Below, piece by piece: positions 17,770 through 26,234 of a stretch of DNA of 64,000 bases. The position numbers and the translations under genes are program-made. A model generated the notes under the pieces. That model had not been told where the DNA came from. It saw only the letters and a list, made by a program, of their open reading frames with translations, and searched no databases. How positions within the stretch are numbered: the stretch's first letter is position 1; each line of letters opens with the position of its first letter. This stretch comes from a virus (lineage: Duplodnaviria > Caudoviricetes): IMG/VR virus record IMGVR_UViG_3300037067_027602, positions 32,001 through 96,000 of that record. The stretch is one strand, 5' to 3'.

Positions 17770-18927
17770 ATGAAGACGCAAAGAACAATAGCCCTGGTGA
17801 TAAAAGATTCCAAAAACCTCGTCGGGGTTGTCATGGAATACAACCGCTACCAGAAAGCGATCAGCGAGACCGCTTTCAACGGCGGCGAGCCGCTGTCTGC
17901 CTTCGATCTTCAGAAGGCCGTCTACCACACGGTTGAGACCACTCTCCTTTCTCAGATGAAATGCTCCGCCATTCGTGGCGTCGCCTCGGCCTACTCGTCG
18001 GCCAGAAGCAACGGACGCCCGGCCACCAGGCCGTTCATCTTCAAGCGTCCGGCGGCGTTGTTCCTTTTTAACAAGAACTTCAGTTTCACCGGCAAAGGCA
18101 AACTTTCCATAACCACCTCCCAAGGCAGGGAGAAACTCGATTTCATCGTCCCGGACTACGCCAAGGCCGACTTCGACCAAGCCGTGTCCTACGACAGCAT
18201 TACGGTCACAGGTTCCGGGGCGGTCAGGCTTTGCCTGACGCTCGAAGTCCCGGATCCCAAATCCATCACCCCGGTCGGCATCGACCTCGGAGCCAACAAC
18301 CCGCTCGTCGCCTCCGTCGAGGGCGGGGAAGTTTTGTTCGTGTCCGGATCCGCGTTGGCGCAGGCCAACCGCCGGACGAGGAAGACCCGCCAGCGGCTGC
18401 AAAGCAAGCTGGCCGTCCAGAAGGCACAAGGAAAAAGCGCACGGAGCGTGCGCCGATCCTTGAAACGGCTGGGACGGAAACAAAGCGATAGAAGCCGGAC
18501 GTTCTGCAAACAGACCGCCGCCGAGCTCTGCTCGTGGGCTCCCAAGGATTCCGTGCTCGTCTTCGAGGATCTGAAATTCGACCAGGTCTCCAAGGGCGAC
18601 AGGAAACGCAAGGGAACCCACCGCAAACTCAGCCAGTGGTTCTACGGGCAGATGATCCAGGCGTGTTCCAGCAAGGCCGAGAGGCTCGGGTTGGGGGTGG
18701 CTTTCGTCAACCCCGCCTACACCTCCCAAAAATGCAGGAAATGCGGTCTGATTGGAACTCGTTCCGGTCATTCTTTCTCCTGTGTCTGCGGCCATTCCGA
18801 GCACGCCGACGTCAACGCATCGCACAACATCCGGCGAAACTACGCCGTCCTACGGGACGGTGGGCATCAGTCAGCATGCCCCGAAGCTCGGCCTCGCAAG
18901 AGGCGCGGGCAAGCCACAGCCCTTTAG
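17770..18927 (+). CDS. tnpB: RNA-guided endonuclease TnpB
   Basis: RuvC-I GIDLG, RuvC-II FEDL, zinc finger TSQKCRKCG...CVCG and RuvC-III HADVNASHNI; the D-E-D triad is intact. Confidence 0.95.
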   Translation: MKTQRTIALVIKDSKNLVGVVMEYNRYQKAISETAFNGGEPLSAFDLQKAVYHTVETTLLSQMKCSAIRGVASAYSSARSNGRPATRPFIFKRPAALFLFNKNFSFTGKGKLSITTSQGREKLDFIVPDYAKADFDQAVSYDSITVTGSGAVRLCLTLEVPDPKSITPVGIDLGANNPLVASVEGGEVLFVSGSALAQANRRTRKTRQRLQSKLAVQKAQGKSARSVRRSLKRLGRKQSDRSRTFCKQTAAELCSWAPKDSVLVFEDLKFDQVSKGDRKRKGTHRKLSQWFYGQMIQACSSKAERLGLGVAFVNPAYTSQKCRKCGLIGTRSGHSFSCVCGHSEHADVNASHNIRRNYAVLRDGGHQSACPEARPRKRRGQATAL

Positions 18928-18962
18928 GGCGTGGTAGCTGACTTTATGGTTTCATCCCGGAG
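18850..18962 (+). ncRNA. Predicted omega/reRNA scaffold plus guide (guide about 18943-18962, TTTATGGTTTCATCCCGGAG)
   Basis: Stacked hairpins GGGCAT/ATGCCC, GCCTC-GCAA-GAGGC and the right-end hairpin overlap the tnpB 3' end, as known for TnpB systems. The 5' boundary is approximate. Confidence 0.6.
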
Positions 18963-19011
18963 GACACCGCCGATTGGAGCCGAATGGGTAAAGTTTACAT
19001 GGAGGTGGAAC

Positions 19012-19254
19012 ATGGACAAAAACAAAACTTCGACGGACGAGAGGGAGGCCAAACGCAGAAGCGAGGCCCTTGCCTCCCACACGGGGGAATTCCTCCTCTG
19101 TTTCGTCATGGTGGGCTTCGACGCCGAGGGGCGGATGTACCTGGTTCAAAAAGAGAAGGGGGAAATGCAGCGCATGGCAATCACCCGCGCGCTCGAAAAT
19201 GTCTTGAGTTTGAGGGAGGTTGGCGACATGGAGGAGCCTGGAATCCTGGGTTGA
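19012..19254 (+). CDS. Small hypothetical protein (80 aa)
   Basis: GGAGGT RBS before ATG 19012; protein-like composition. Confidence 0.65.
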   Translation: MDKNKTSTDEREAKRRSEALASHTGEFLLCFVMVGFDAEGRMYLVQKEKGEMQRMAITRALENVLSLREVGDMEEPGILG

Positions 19255-19891
19255 GGGAGGACAGGGCTTCCAGCACCATGCTCGACGGAACACCCCTGTC
19301 GGCCGACTTCGCCAAAGCGAACAGGCCGGAGAGCTTCGCCGCGGAATAGCTCGCCCCCCTCATCCCGAAAGCCCTGTCGTCTATATTGACGTCCCCCCCG
19401 GATCCGGCCGCCGACACGACCATCCCGTAAGCCGCCGGCCATGGCATCCTGGGGTTGTGGCTGGCAGCTATCAACGACCCGGAGCGGCCGGCCTTCTCCA
19501 ACAACGCCCTGACGGCGGAGTCGTCCACGCCATAGGCCAGGCTGAGGTTGATTACGTCCGCGGCCCCGGCGGCGCCAAGCGCCGCGGCCAGCTCCGGGGT
19601 CCCGACCCTCCCCCACAGTATGGCCGGGTAGAGCACCACCCTGCACAACGGGGCTATGGACAGGATCACCGAGCAGACAAACCTGGAATGGAACGGCTTC
19701 ATCGGCGGCGCGGGCCTGCCAGGGAAGATGTCCCTCTCCTCGACGCCGGCCACGGGGTCGTCCAGCGAGGTGTCCACCACCGCCACATGGACGCCCTCCC
19801 CGGAAGATTCCAGCCAATCGCCCGGGACGGCTATGTCGAGTCCTTCCCCACGAACGCGTCCGACACCCTGAAATGCGAGTCCTTCACCCAT
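19181..19891 (-). CDS. Minimal subtilisin-like (S8) serine protease
   Basis: GEGVHVAVVDT (Asp), FHSRFVCSVI (His), VINLSL, IAASHN (oxyanion Asn) and GASYSAAKLSGLFAL (Ser); GGAGG RBS. Confidence 0.75.
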   Translation of the reverse strand: MGEGLAFQGVGRVRGEGLDIAVPGDWLESSGEGVHVAVVDTSLDDPVAGVEERDIFPGRPAPPMKPFHSRFVCSVILSIAPLCRVVLYPAILWGRVGTPELAAALGAAGAADVINLSLAYGVDDSAVRALLEKAGRSGSLIAASHNPRMPWPAAYGMVVSAAGSGGDVNIDDRAFGMRGASYSAAKLSGLFALAKSADRGVPSSMVLEALSSLNPGFQAPPCRQPPSNSRHFRARG

Positions 19892-20961
19892 TGCTCATGC
19901 CTCCCTCCGAAGTTGTCGACATATCTCACCAGCGCGGCGGCCTTCACCACGCCGCCAAGGAACTGCTCCACCCAAACCCCGTCCATGGAAGGCTCCAAAG
20001 CCTCCGGAACGCGCCAGACGACAGGCTGCCCCAAAAAACCGGAGGGTACGTCGTACACGGCCTTGGATGACGTCTCAGGCGACGGGTTGGCGGAGGGATA
20101 CACCGGGATTCTCCCCGGATGCCTGTCAGCGAACCCGTTGCAATAAACCCCGAACGGGGAGCAATTGTCGCTCGACGAGCTGAAAGGCGAGAGTATCTCG
20201 CCCGCGGCGCTCTTGAGGGGCAGCGAGAGCTCGATCTCAAACCCGTCCCCGCCCTCCGTCCCCGCCCTTTCCGGCGGCCTCTCCCAGTTCAATTGGTCGA
20301 CCCGCTGGTATTCTATGGTCGGGCCGGCGTATCTGAAGTCGCTCCATGCCTGGACCCTGGCATTCGCCTGGGAGTCCGGGGCCCAGAACTGCGTCGGTAT
20401 CGGATAGGAGGCCTCCGCGTCGTATTCCCTCCCCGGCAGATCCCACAACCCCTCCCCCGCGGAAAGCCCGACAAGATTGTCCCTGGAAGTCCTCTCCGGA
20501 TTTTTGAAGTACTCCAGGGGCAGCGTTCTGGCGCAGTCGTTCCAGTAGAAGAACGATCCCCTCGCCTCGCGCCATGGGCCGTGGGTGTGGAAAGACGCGC
20601 TGGCGTCGTACTTGATGCCTTTGCCGCCACCGGAGTCCCAAGGTTGTATATATACCCTCCTCCAGTACTCCCTCACCAAAAAATACCATTCGGGGAGACC
20701 TTCGAACACGATGTTCTTGGTCTGGTTGGGGTCTTCCGTCCTGGGAGACCACACGTCCGCCAACTTGAATTTGTAGAGCTGCTCCCCCGTCCACGCCCTC
20801 CTGGAGGCCTTCGCGTAGTCGAATCCCGGCATGAAGAAATGGGTGTGCCCATAATGCGGAAAATTCTCATACGTGGTCCCCCATGGGCTGACATGGGGTA
20901 TCTGATATCCCCATTGGTCATGGGCGATCAGGTACAGCGGAAGGAACTCGAAATTCGGCAT
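19831..20961 (-). CDS. Hypothetical aromatic-rich protein of the tail operon
   Basis: 376-aa ORF in tandem with its neighbours. Confidence 0.65.
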   Translation of the reverse strand: MPNFEFLPLYLIAHDQWGYQIPHVSPWGTTYENFPHYGHTHFFMPGFDYAKASRRAWTGEQLYKFKLADVWSPRTEDPNQTKNIVFEGLPEWYFLVREYWRRVYIQPWDSGGGKGIKYDASASFHTHGPWREARGSFFYWNDCARTLPLEYFKNPERTSRDNLVGLSAGEGLWDLPGREYDAEASYPIPTQFWAPDSQANARVQAWSDFRYAGPTIEYQRVDQLNWERPPERAGTEGGDGFEIELSLPLKSAAGEILSPFSSSSDNCSPFGVYCNGFADRHPGRIPVYPSANPSPETSSKAVYDVPSGFLGQPVVWRVPEALEPSMDGVWVEQFLGGVVKAAALVRYVDNFGGRHEQWVKDSHFRVSDAFVGKDST

Positions 20962-20962
20962 C

Positions 20963-21349
20963 CTATGTCTCCACGCTAAGGTCTATCCGTCTCGGCCCTG
21001 GCATCCCCGCGGCCGCGTCTATGTAAGACTCGTATTTTGGTTCCAGATATAGGTCAACCTGTCTCATCAAAGAGATTATATGATGCTCGGACGCGAAATC
21101 GGGGAAATTCGACGGGACGCCCGTATGCTTGGACACCCCGTCGTATTTCGGGAACGCGATATGGTCCAACGCCCACGAGGAGAACGGCTGGACAAGGGTC
21201 ATCGCCGGGCTGGCCGCCCCGTCACGGGTGGGGGATGGGCTGTTCACCCCGCCCCCCGACGACGGCGACGAGGCGTTCACGGCGGCGGACGACATGTCGG
21301 CCGGATCGACTCCAAAAGCTGGGGATACCCCGGTGTTGGTGACCGCCAT
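20963..21349 (-). CDS. Small hypothetical virion-associated protein
   Basis: ATG 21349 coupled to the upstream TGA (TGATG). Confidence 0.6.
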   Translation of the reverse strand: MAVTNTGVSPAFGVDPADMSSAAVNASSPSSGGGVNSPSPTRDGAASPAMTLVQPFSSWALDHIAFPKYDGVSKHTGVPSNFPDFASEHHIISLMRQVDLYLEPKYESYIDAAAGMPGPRRIDLSVET

Positions 21350-24300
21350 CAGAAATCGTCCCCCCAATCAAAATATTTGACAGCCGGATCGTAGACGAAC
21401 GCGCCCGGAGACGCGTCCGCCCCCAAGCTGGCGGCATTGGACGATCCCACCCAATCAGAGCTCAGACTATACACCCTCTGGGACGTGTGCGCAAATGAAA
21501 TCCTGAAAAGGGCGTCCTGGGGGCGCTCCAGGGCTTTGTAGGCCGCGGACACGTAACCGTTGTCGAGGACGGTGAACGAACGGACGGAAGGGTTTCTCCA
21601 ATCCCCGGATATGCCCGTCACGTCTCCGGACAGCGCCAGCGCCGGGTTGCTGGAGACGAGAGTCCATCCTCCCCCGCGCAGGACGGCGGTGAAAATACGG
21701 TCGTCCCCGTCGACGGACCTGTTATAATAGACCCTTGTGGCGGGGTCTCCTCCGTCCGAGTCCGCCAGCGCGCTCAAGTTATACACCCCTGACGCCAACA
21801 TGGACTCCGCGCCCCATCCGGAGGCGGAGGCGTCCCTGACGAAAGTGGCGGGGGACGAGCCCGAGTATCCGGTGTAATAAAGTTTCCCCCCGAACATGCA
21901 TGGCGAGGTGAGATCCATCCCTCCGCCAAACCCGGCATCCAGCGTCGACGAGAATACCTCACCGTCCAGGGACTCGGCGAACGACAGCACGGACAATCCC
22001 CCGGACGCCCTCGCGAAACACATCGTCGCCACCGACCCCGACACGCTGACCCATGGTGAATACCCTGCCGGCAGCCCTGACACCTGCACCGGATCCCCCC
22101 ACGAGGAGGCGTCCTCCGACCACGAGACATGGATGGCGTTCAACCCGTCCTTGACGGCGGAGAACCACATCCCCCATCGGCTTCCGAATTTGGCCACGCA
22201 CGGCGAATGGGCCGCCGAGATCCCGAATTTTTCCTGGAGCGACTCATACCTCCCCATCGGCAAAGCCAGAGACCTCTCCCCGGCCCTGGAAGGGGACATC
22301 GCCCTGGCGTGGAGCAATGTCGGCTCCCCCCTTGACCCGGTCTTGGAGTACCACATGAAATATTCCATCCCGGAAGTTTTCACGACCGACGGCCTCGACC
22401 TGGATCTGGACAACGGCGTCCACACGTCCAACTCGTCCTCGTGCCCGGATGGGGGGTCGGTCGGCCATTCGACCGCCGCCTCATCGTACAAATACGCCCC
22501 GGACGAGGAGACGCGGAACTCCAGCTTTGACATGTTGAACGTCCCGGCCCCTTTCGGCGCCCAAAGAGCGAAATACACGGACAGCGACGATCCTGACATA
22601 GCCCTGGAGAGGATCTCGGGGGACGCGGACGAAAAGTCGTCCGCGGTCACCAGGTTGTATGACCTTGCACGCCACAGATATTCTCCGGCGTACGACCCGC
22701 CAAACGGGGGGAGGTCGCCGGAGGCTTCCCCGGGCAGGGCCGCCATCGGTATTGTCAACGTCGTGTAAATCCTCTCCTTTTGCGCTTCCTCCCCCTCGGC
22801 TTCGGCGTCGCCCCCGGTGTCCATGACCTCCCCCGCCCATAGATAGGAGTTGTTGTCGACGACGGACTCCACCGTCCCCGACGGGACGGAATAGGAGGTG
22901 ATGGTGGTGTCGTCGGAATGTATCCTCGAACCGGACTTGTCAAACAGCAAAGTCCGGAACGGCTCCCCCGAGGCGGACGCGAAACCCGGGTCAGGGTCCA
23001 GCTGGAATTCGCAGTAAACCTGGCATCTGGGATCATAGAGCCCGCTCGCCCCGCTCAGCACCCGGTAATCGAAAACTCCCCCTTCCGGGGAATTGCCGTT
23101 GAACCCATTGCAATAGAAACCCTGGTCTATGAGCCTCTCCCTCGCCGCCGACAGGGCGTCCAGCCTCATGTCGACATACGCCGGGAGGCCGTCTATCATC
23201 CCGGACAGCTCCTGCTCCATGTCCATCAACCTGTCGCGCCTGGTGACCCCCGGGATGACCGCCGCCGACATCCACCCCTCGTACCCCGCGCCGTCGGCCA
23301 CATTTCCGGATGCGTCGAGGAACGCGAAAAGGCCGGAGGGGGGCGGATACGACTTGAACTCCTCTATCCTGGACATCGACAGGTCGATTCCTCCGGGATA
23401 TCTGACAGGGGCCGCCAGGACGGAGGTCTCTCCGGTGTCGGGGTTGTAGTGGTAATATTGAGTCTTGCCGGAAAGCGACACGACCCCGTCGTCGCCGGTT
23501 TTCCAGGCGGGGTTGTAGTCGGCCGAGAACGACAGCCTGGGGGGCGACATCCCGTCGACTATCTTGGACGGGACTATCTCTATCGCCACGCGGCATGACT
23601 GCGTGGGGGACGATATGTAGCCTTTCGCCGCCCACACCAGCTTGTGGACGCCGCCTTGCGCCGAAGGGGACGTCCTGGAGTCCAGATGGTCGGTGTCGCC
23701 CATCACATCCCCCATGGACACCTGCAGGAAATCGCCCCCGACGCTGTACCACAAGCCCATGACGTTGTACATGTTGCCGTTGACGTCGTCTATCGAATAA
23801 GTTATGACCAATCTGCCAGTCCATGGCTCGTACTCGCACGAGATGACGTTGGGGGCGGCCGGAGCCCCTCCGCCGACCTTGAATTTCGAAGACCCCACCC
23901 AAGACGAGAACGTGTTGCTGGTCTTGTCATATTGGCGTATCCTCATCTTGTAGTCGAACCCCGGCTCCAAACCCTGCCTGCCGATGGTGTCCCAATAGTC
24001 GTAGAACGCCCCCTTGGTGGCGAGCCAGGCGTTCGCCCCCATGTCGAACGAGGCTCCGTCCAGGATGACGTCGACGTACTCCGTACTGGACCCGTCCTCC
24101 AGCAGCCTGCACACCTGGAGCTGCACGCTGGTCGTCGCCCCCATGGTCCCCCTCCAATGGAGCAGGTTGTATGAATCCCACTCCGGCTGGAGGTATGCCA
24201 TTCCAAGCTTCTGGACGTCGGCGCTCTTCCACACCCCGCCCCCCATCCTGTACAATCCCCTCTCCCAGCGGTTGGTCGGCTCCACGCGGTTGCAGAACCC

Positions 24301-26220
24301 GGGAGCCTCGGAGGGCGAATATCCAGGGACGTATTCGGTCATGCCATGCCCGATTTCCCCGACGGCCGGGGAGACATGGTCGCCAAAGCCCACGGATTCC
24401 CCCAAAACGCCTTGGAAAGGGGCGGCGTGGGGGTCTTCCACAGCGGTCTCCGTCTTGACCGCCATATGCCCGGCGGCGTCGAACCTCGGATTGACCCCCC
24501 CCGACGCCGACGGGCAATCCTCCTGGACGGTCCTGCCGGAAGCGTCCCCGACCGCTTCCCATGACGCGGAGTTCCTTTTTGAGTCGTACATGAACAACGT
24601 CTGCCTGGAGGATATTTGGCCGCCGAACGGGGGGGCGGACCTCCTTCCCCTGGACAACGGGGCCAGCCATCTCTCCAGCGGCTCATATCGCGACAAGCCA
24701 TACGCCAAGACGGGAAGCCTCTCACCGCCGCCGTCGACATAAACGTCCTCGAACCTCTCCCCGCTGCAAACCGGGCACATAACCCTTCCGGACGCCGCCA
24801 CCCACCCCTTGCCGGAGCAGGTCGAGCAGACTTTCTTGTCCGAGAGGATGACGTCCATAAAACGGATCGCCGCCTTTCCAGGCGAGGACATGTCGTCCTG
24901 CCCGGCCACGGCGATGTCCCCGGAAAGAGACCATCTCAGGGGGAGGGAGGCATAGTCGGGATCGCCGGGGTCCAAATCTTCGGCCGCCGCCCCGTCCATC
25001 CCATAGGCAGTTCTGTTCAATGGCAACATCGTCCCCCTAGGGGCGACGAGATAGTCATAGGCGGAGTTTACCCATCCGAACTGACCCCTGTCCTCGCCCT
25101 CGAAATAAATCGAATGGGACGCCTGCGCCCCGGCGACGGGGAAATGCCCCCCGTCGTGGGAGCTCCTGGAGGCGGCAGTGGCGCAAGACACCGGAAACTG
25201 CGGCTCGTCGGCGTCGGTCTCCGTCCTGATGGCCATCCTGCCGAAAAAAGGATATGTGTCGTCCACGGCCCCGAAGCCTCCCGGATCGGCGCCCACCGAC
25301 GAGTTGTCCAAAAAGCCGATGTCGATGTAGTCCTCGTCCGTGGATCCGGACGCGTCGGTGGCCATGACGAACAGCACGCACCCACCGGACGTCAAAGGGA
25401 AATCCCTTCCACTTCTCCAGACGAGAGTCAACGTCCCGGGAGAGACCTTGCAAAGGGCCTGCAGCGTCGACCCCTGCTCCTTGTCCCCGCCGTCGACGGA
25501 ATATCTCAGGCTAAGGGAGACATCCCCTCCGTCCGCCACCTCCACGACGATCTCGACATCTCCGTAGGAGTTCCCCACCACCCTCGCGGAGACAATGCTG
25601 ACGGACGGCGGGGGATCGTCCAGGACACGCACGGCGTTGGTCACCGACCATGCCCCCAGGTCATATCCGTCGTAGGCCCGCACCCTCCAATAATAATGCC
25701 CGTCCTCCAGGTCGGGGAAAACGGCCCCGGGGGATGACGACCATCCATCGGCGACCATAAGCCCGGGGGAGGAGAACACCGGATCCCTGGACATCTGATA
25801 TTGGTAGGTGATCGTCTGCCCATCTGGGTCCACGACGTTCCCCCAGGACGCGGAGAACGCCCCCCCGACGGTCTCAAGCCCCGGGTCGTAGACAAAGGAT
25901 CTTGGCCCCGACGTTATCTCGAAGTCCCCCGATAAAGACTCCGACAAGGCAATTTCAACCGTGCATAGCCCCAGGAACGCCGCCGTGAACGGATTCCCCA
26001 CGGGATATTGGAAAAATTTATCCGTGGACGCCCTAGCCCCGGACTGGTAAAGCCCCCCGCCCTCCACTCCGACAATCCTCACGGAGCTGCGTCTTTGGGA
26101 GAAACCATCGGGCGGGCTCCATGAGAACACGGGCGTCGACGAGTCCGTGGGGGCGGGAAGCGCGAACGCCAGCCCGTCGCCCGCCACGGACACCACGAAA
26201 TTTAAAATATCGGAAGGCAT
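21349..26220 (-). CDS. Large tail/baseplate protein with FN3/Ig-like domains, CxxCxGxG zinc knuckle and C-terminal beta-propeller
   Basis: FN3 motif YYWRVRAYDG...GAWS; CSTCSGKG/CPVCSGE; repeated SP-V---YxMWY/F blades and Asp-box-like SEDASSW and SLDGEVF. Confidence 0.7.
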   Translation of the reverse strand: MPSDILNFVVSVAGDGLAFALPAPTDSSTPVFSWSPPDGFSQRRSSVRIVGVEGGGLYQSGARASTDKFFQYPVGNPFTAAFLGLCTVEIALSESLSGDFEITSGPRSFVYDPGLETVGGAFSASWGNVVDPDGQTITYQYQMSRDPVFSSPGLMVADGWSSSPGAVFPDLEDGHYYWRVRAYDGYDLGAWSVTNAVRVLDDPPPSVSIVSARVVGNSYGDVEIVVEVADGGDVSLSLRYSVDGGDKEQGSTLQALCKVSPGTLTLVWRSGRDFPLTSGGCVLFVMATDASGSTDEDYIDIGFLDNSSVGADPGGFGAVDDTYPFFGRMAIRTETDADEPQFPVSCATAASRSSHDGGHFPVAGAQASHSIYFEGEDRGQFGWVNSAYDYLVAPRGTMLPLNRTAYGMDGAAAEDLDPGDPDYASLPLRWSLSGDIAVAGQDDMSSPGKAAIRFMDVILSDKKVCSTCSGKGWVAASGRVMCPVCSGERFEDVYVDGGGERLPVLAYGLSRYEPLERWLAPLSRGRRSAPPFGGQISSRQTLFMYDSKRNSASWEAVGDASGRTVQEDCPSASGGVNPRFDAAGHMAVKTETAVEDPHAAPFQGVLGESVGFGDHVSPAVGEIGHGMTEYVPGYSPSEAPGFCNRVEPTNRWERGLYRMGGGVWKSADVQKLGMAYLQPEWDSYNLLHWRGTMGATTSVQLQVCRLLEDGSSTEYVDVILDGASFDMGANAWLATKGAFYDYWDTIGRQGLEPGFDYKMRIRQYDKTSNTFSSWVGSSKFKVGGGAPAAPNVISCEYEPWTGRLVITYSIDDVNGNMYNVMGLWYSVGGDFLQVSMGDVMGDTDHLDSRTSPSAQGGVHKLVWAAKGYISSPTQSCRVAIEIVPSKIVDGMSPPRLSFSADYNPAWKTGDDGVVSLSGKTQYYHYNPDTGETSVLAAPVRYPGGIDLSMSRIEEFKSYPPPSGLFAFLDASGNVADGAGYEGWMSAAVIPGVTRRDRLMDMEQELSGMIDGLPAYVDMRLDALSAARERLIDQGFYCNGFNGNSPEGGVFDYRVLSGASGLYDPRCQVYCEFQLDPDPGFASASGEPFRTLLFDKSGSRIHSDDTTITSYSVPSGTVESVVDNNSYLWAGEVMDTGGDAEAEGEEAQKERIYTTLTIPMAALPGEASGDLPPFGGSYAGEYLWRARSYNLVTADDFSSASPEILSRAMSGSSLSVYFALWAPKGAGTFNMSKLEFRVSSSGAYLYDEAAVEWPTDPPSGHEDELDVWTPLSRSRSRPSVVKTSGMEYFMWYSKTGSRGEPTLLHARAMSPSRAGERSLALPMGRYESLQEKFGISAAHSPCVAKFGSRWGMWFSAVKDGLNAIHVSWSEDASSWGDPVQVSGLPAGYSPWVSVSGSVATMCFARASGGLSVLSFAESLDGEVFSSTLDAGFGGGMDLTSPCMFGGKLYYTGYSGSSPATFVRDASASGWGAESMLASGVYNLSALADSDGGDPATRVYYNRSVDGDDRIFTAVLRGGGWTLVSSNPALALSGDVTGISGDWRNPSVRSFTVLDNGYVSAAYKALERPQDALFRISFAHTSQRVYSLSSDWVGSSNAASLGADASPGAFVYDPAVKYFDWGDDF

Positions 26221-26234
26221 CGGCCACCCCTAGT

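Larger units (their letters stand above)
17661..18942 (+). mobile_element. TnpB-only IS200/IS605-family (IS1341-like) element
   Basis: Left-end hairpin AAGCCCCGACCCTTCAGGGCGGGG inside TGGCCGA/TCGGCCA. Right-end hairpin AAGCCACAGCCCTTTAGGGCGTGG followed by TAGCTGAC. No tnpA. The exact left boundary is uncertain. Confidence 0.85.

Noticed and set aside
18943-18962. Second target of the TnpB guide within the window
   Set aside because: Only a short partial match (TTTATGGT near 28988) was noticed, which is not significant.
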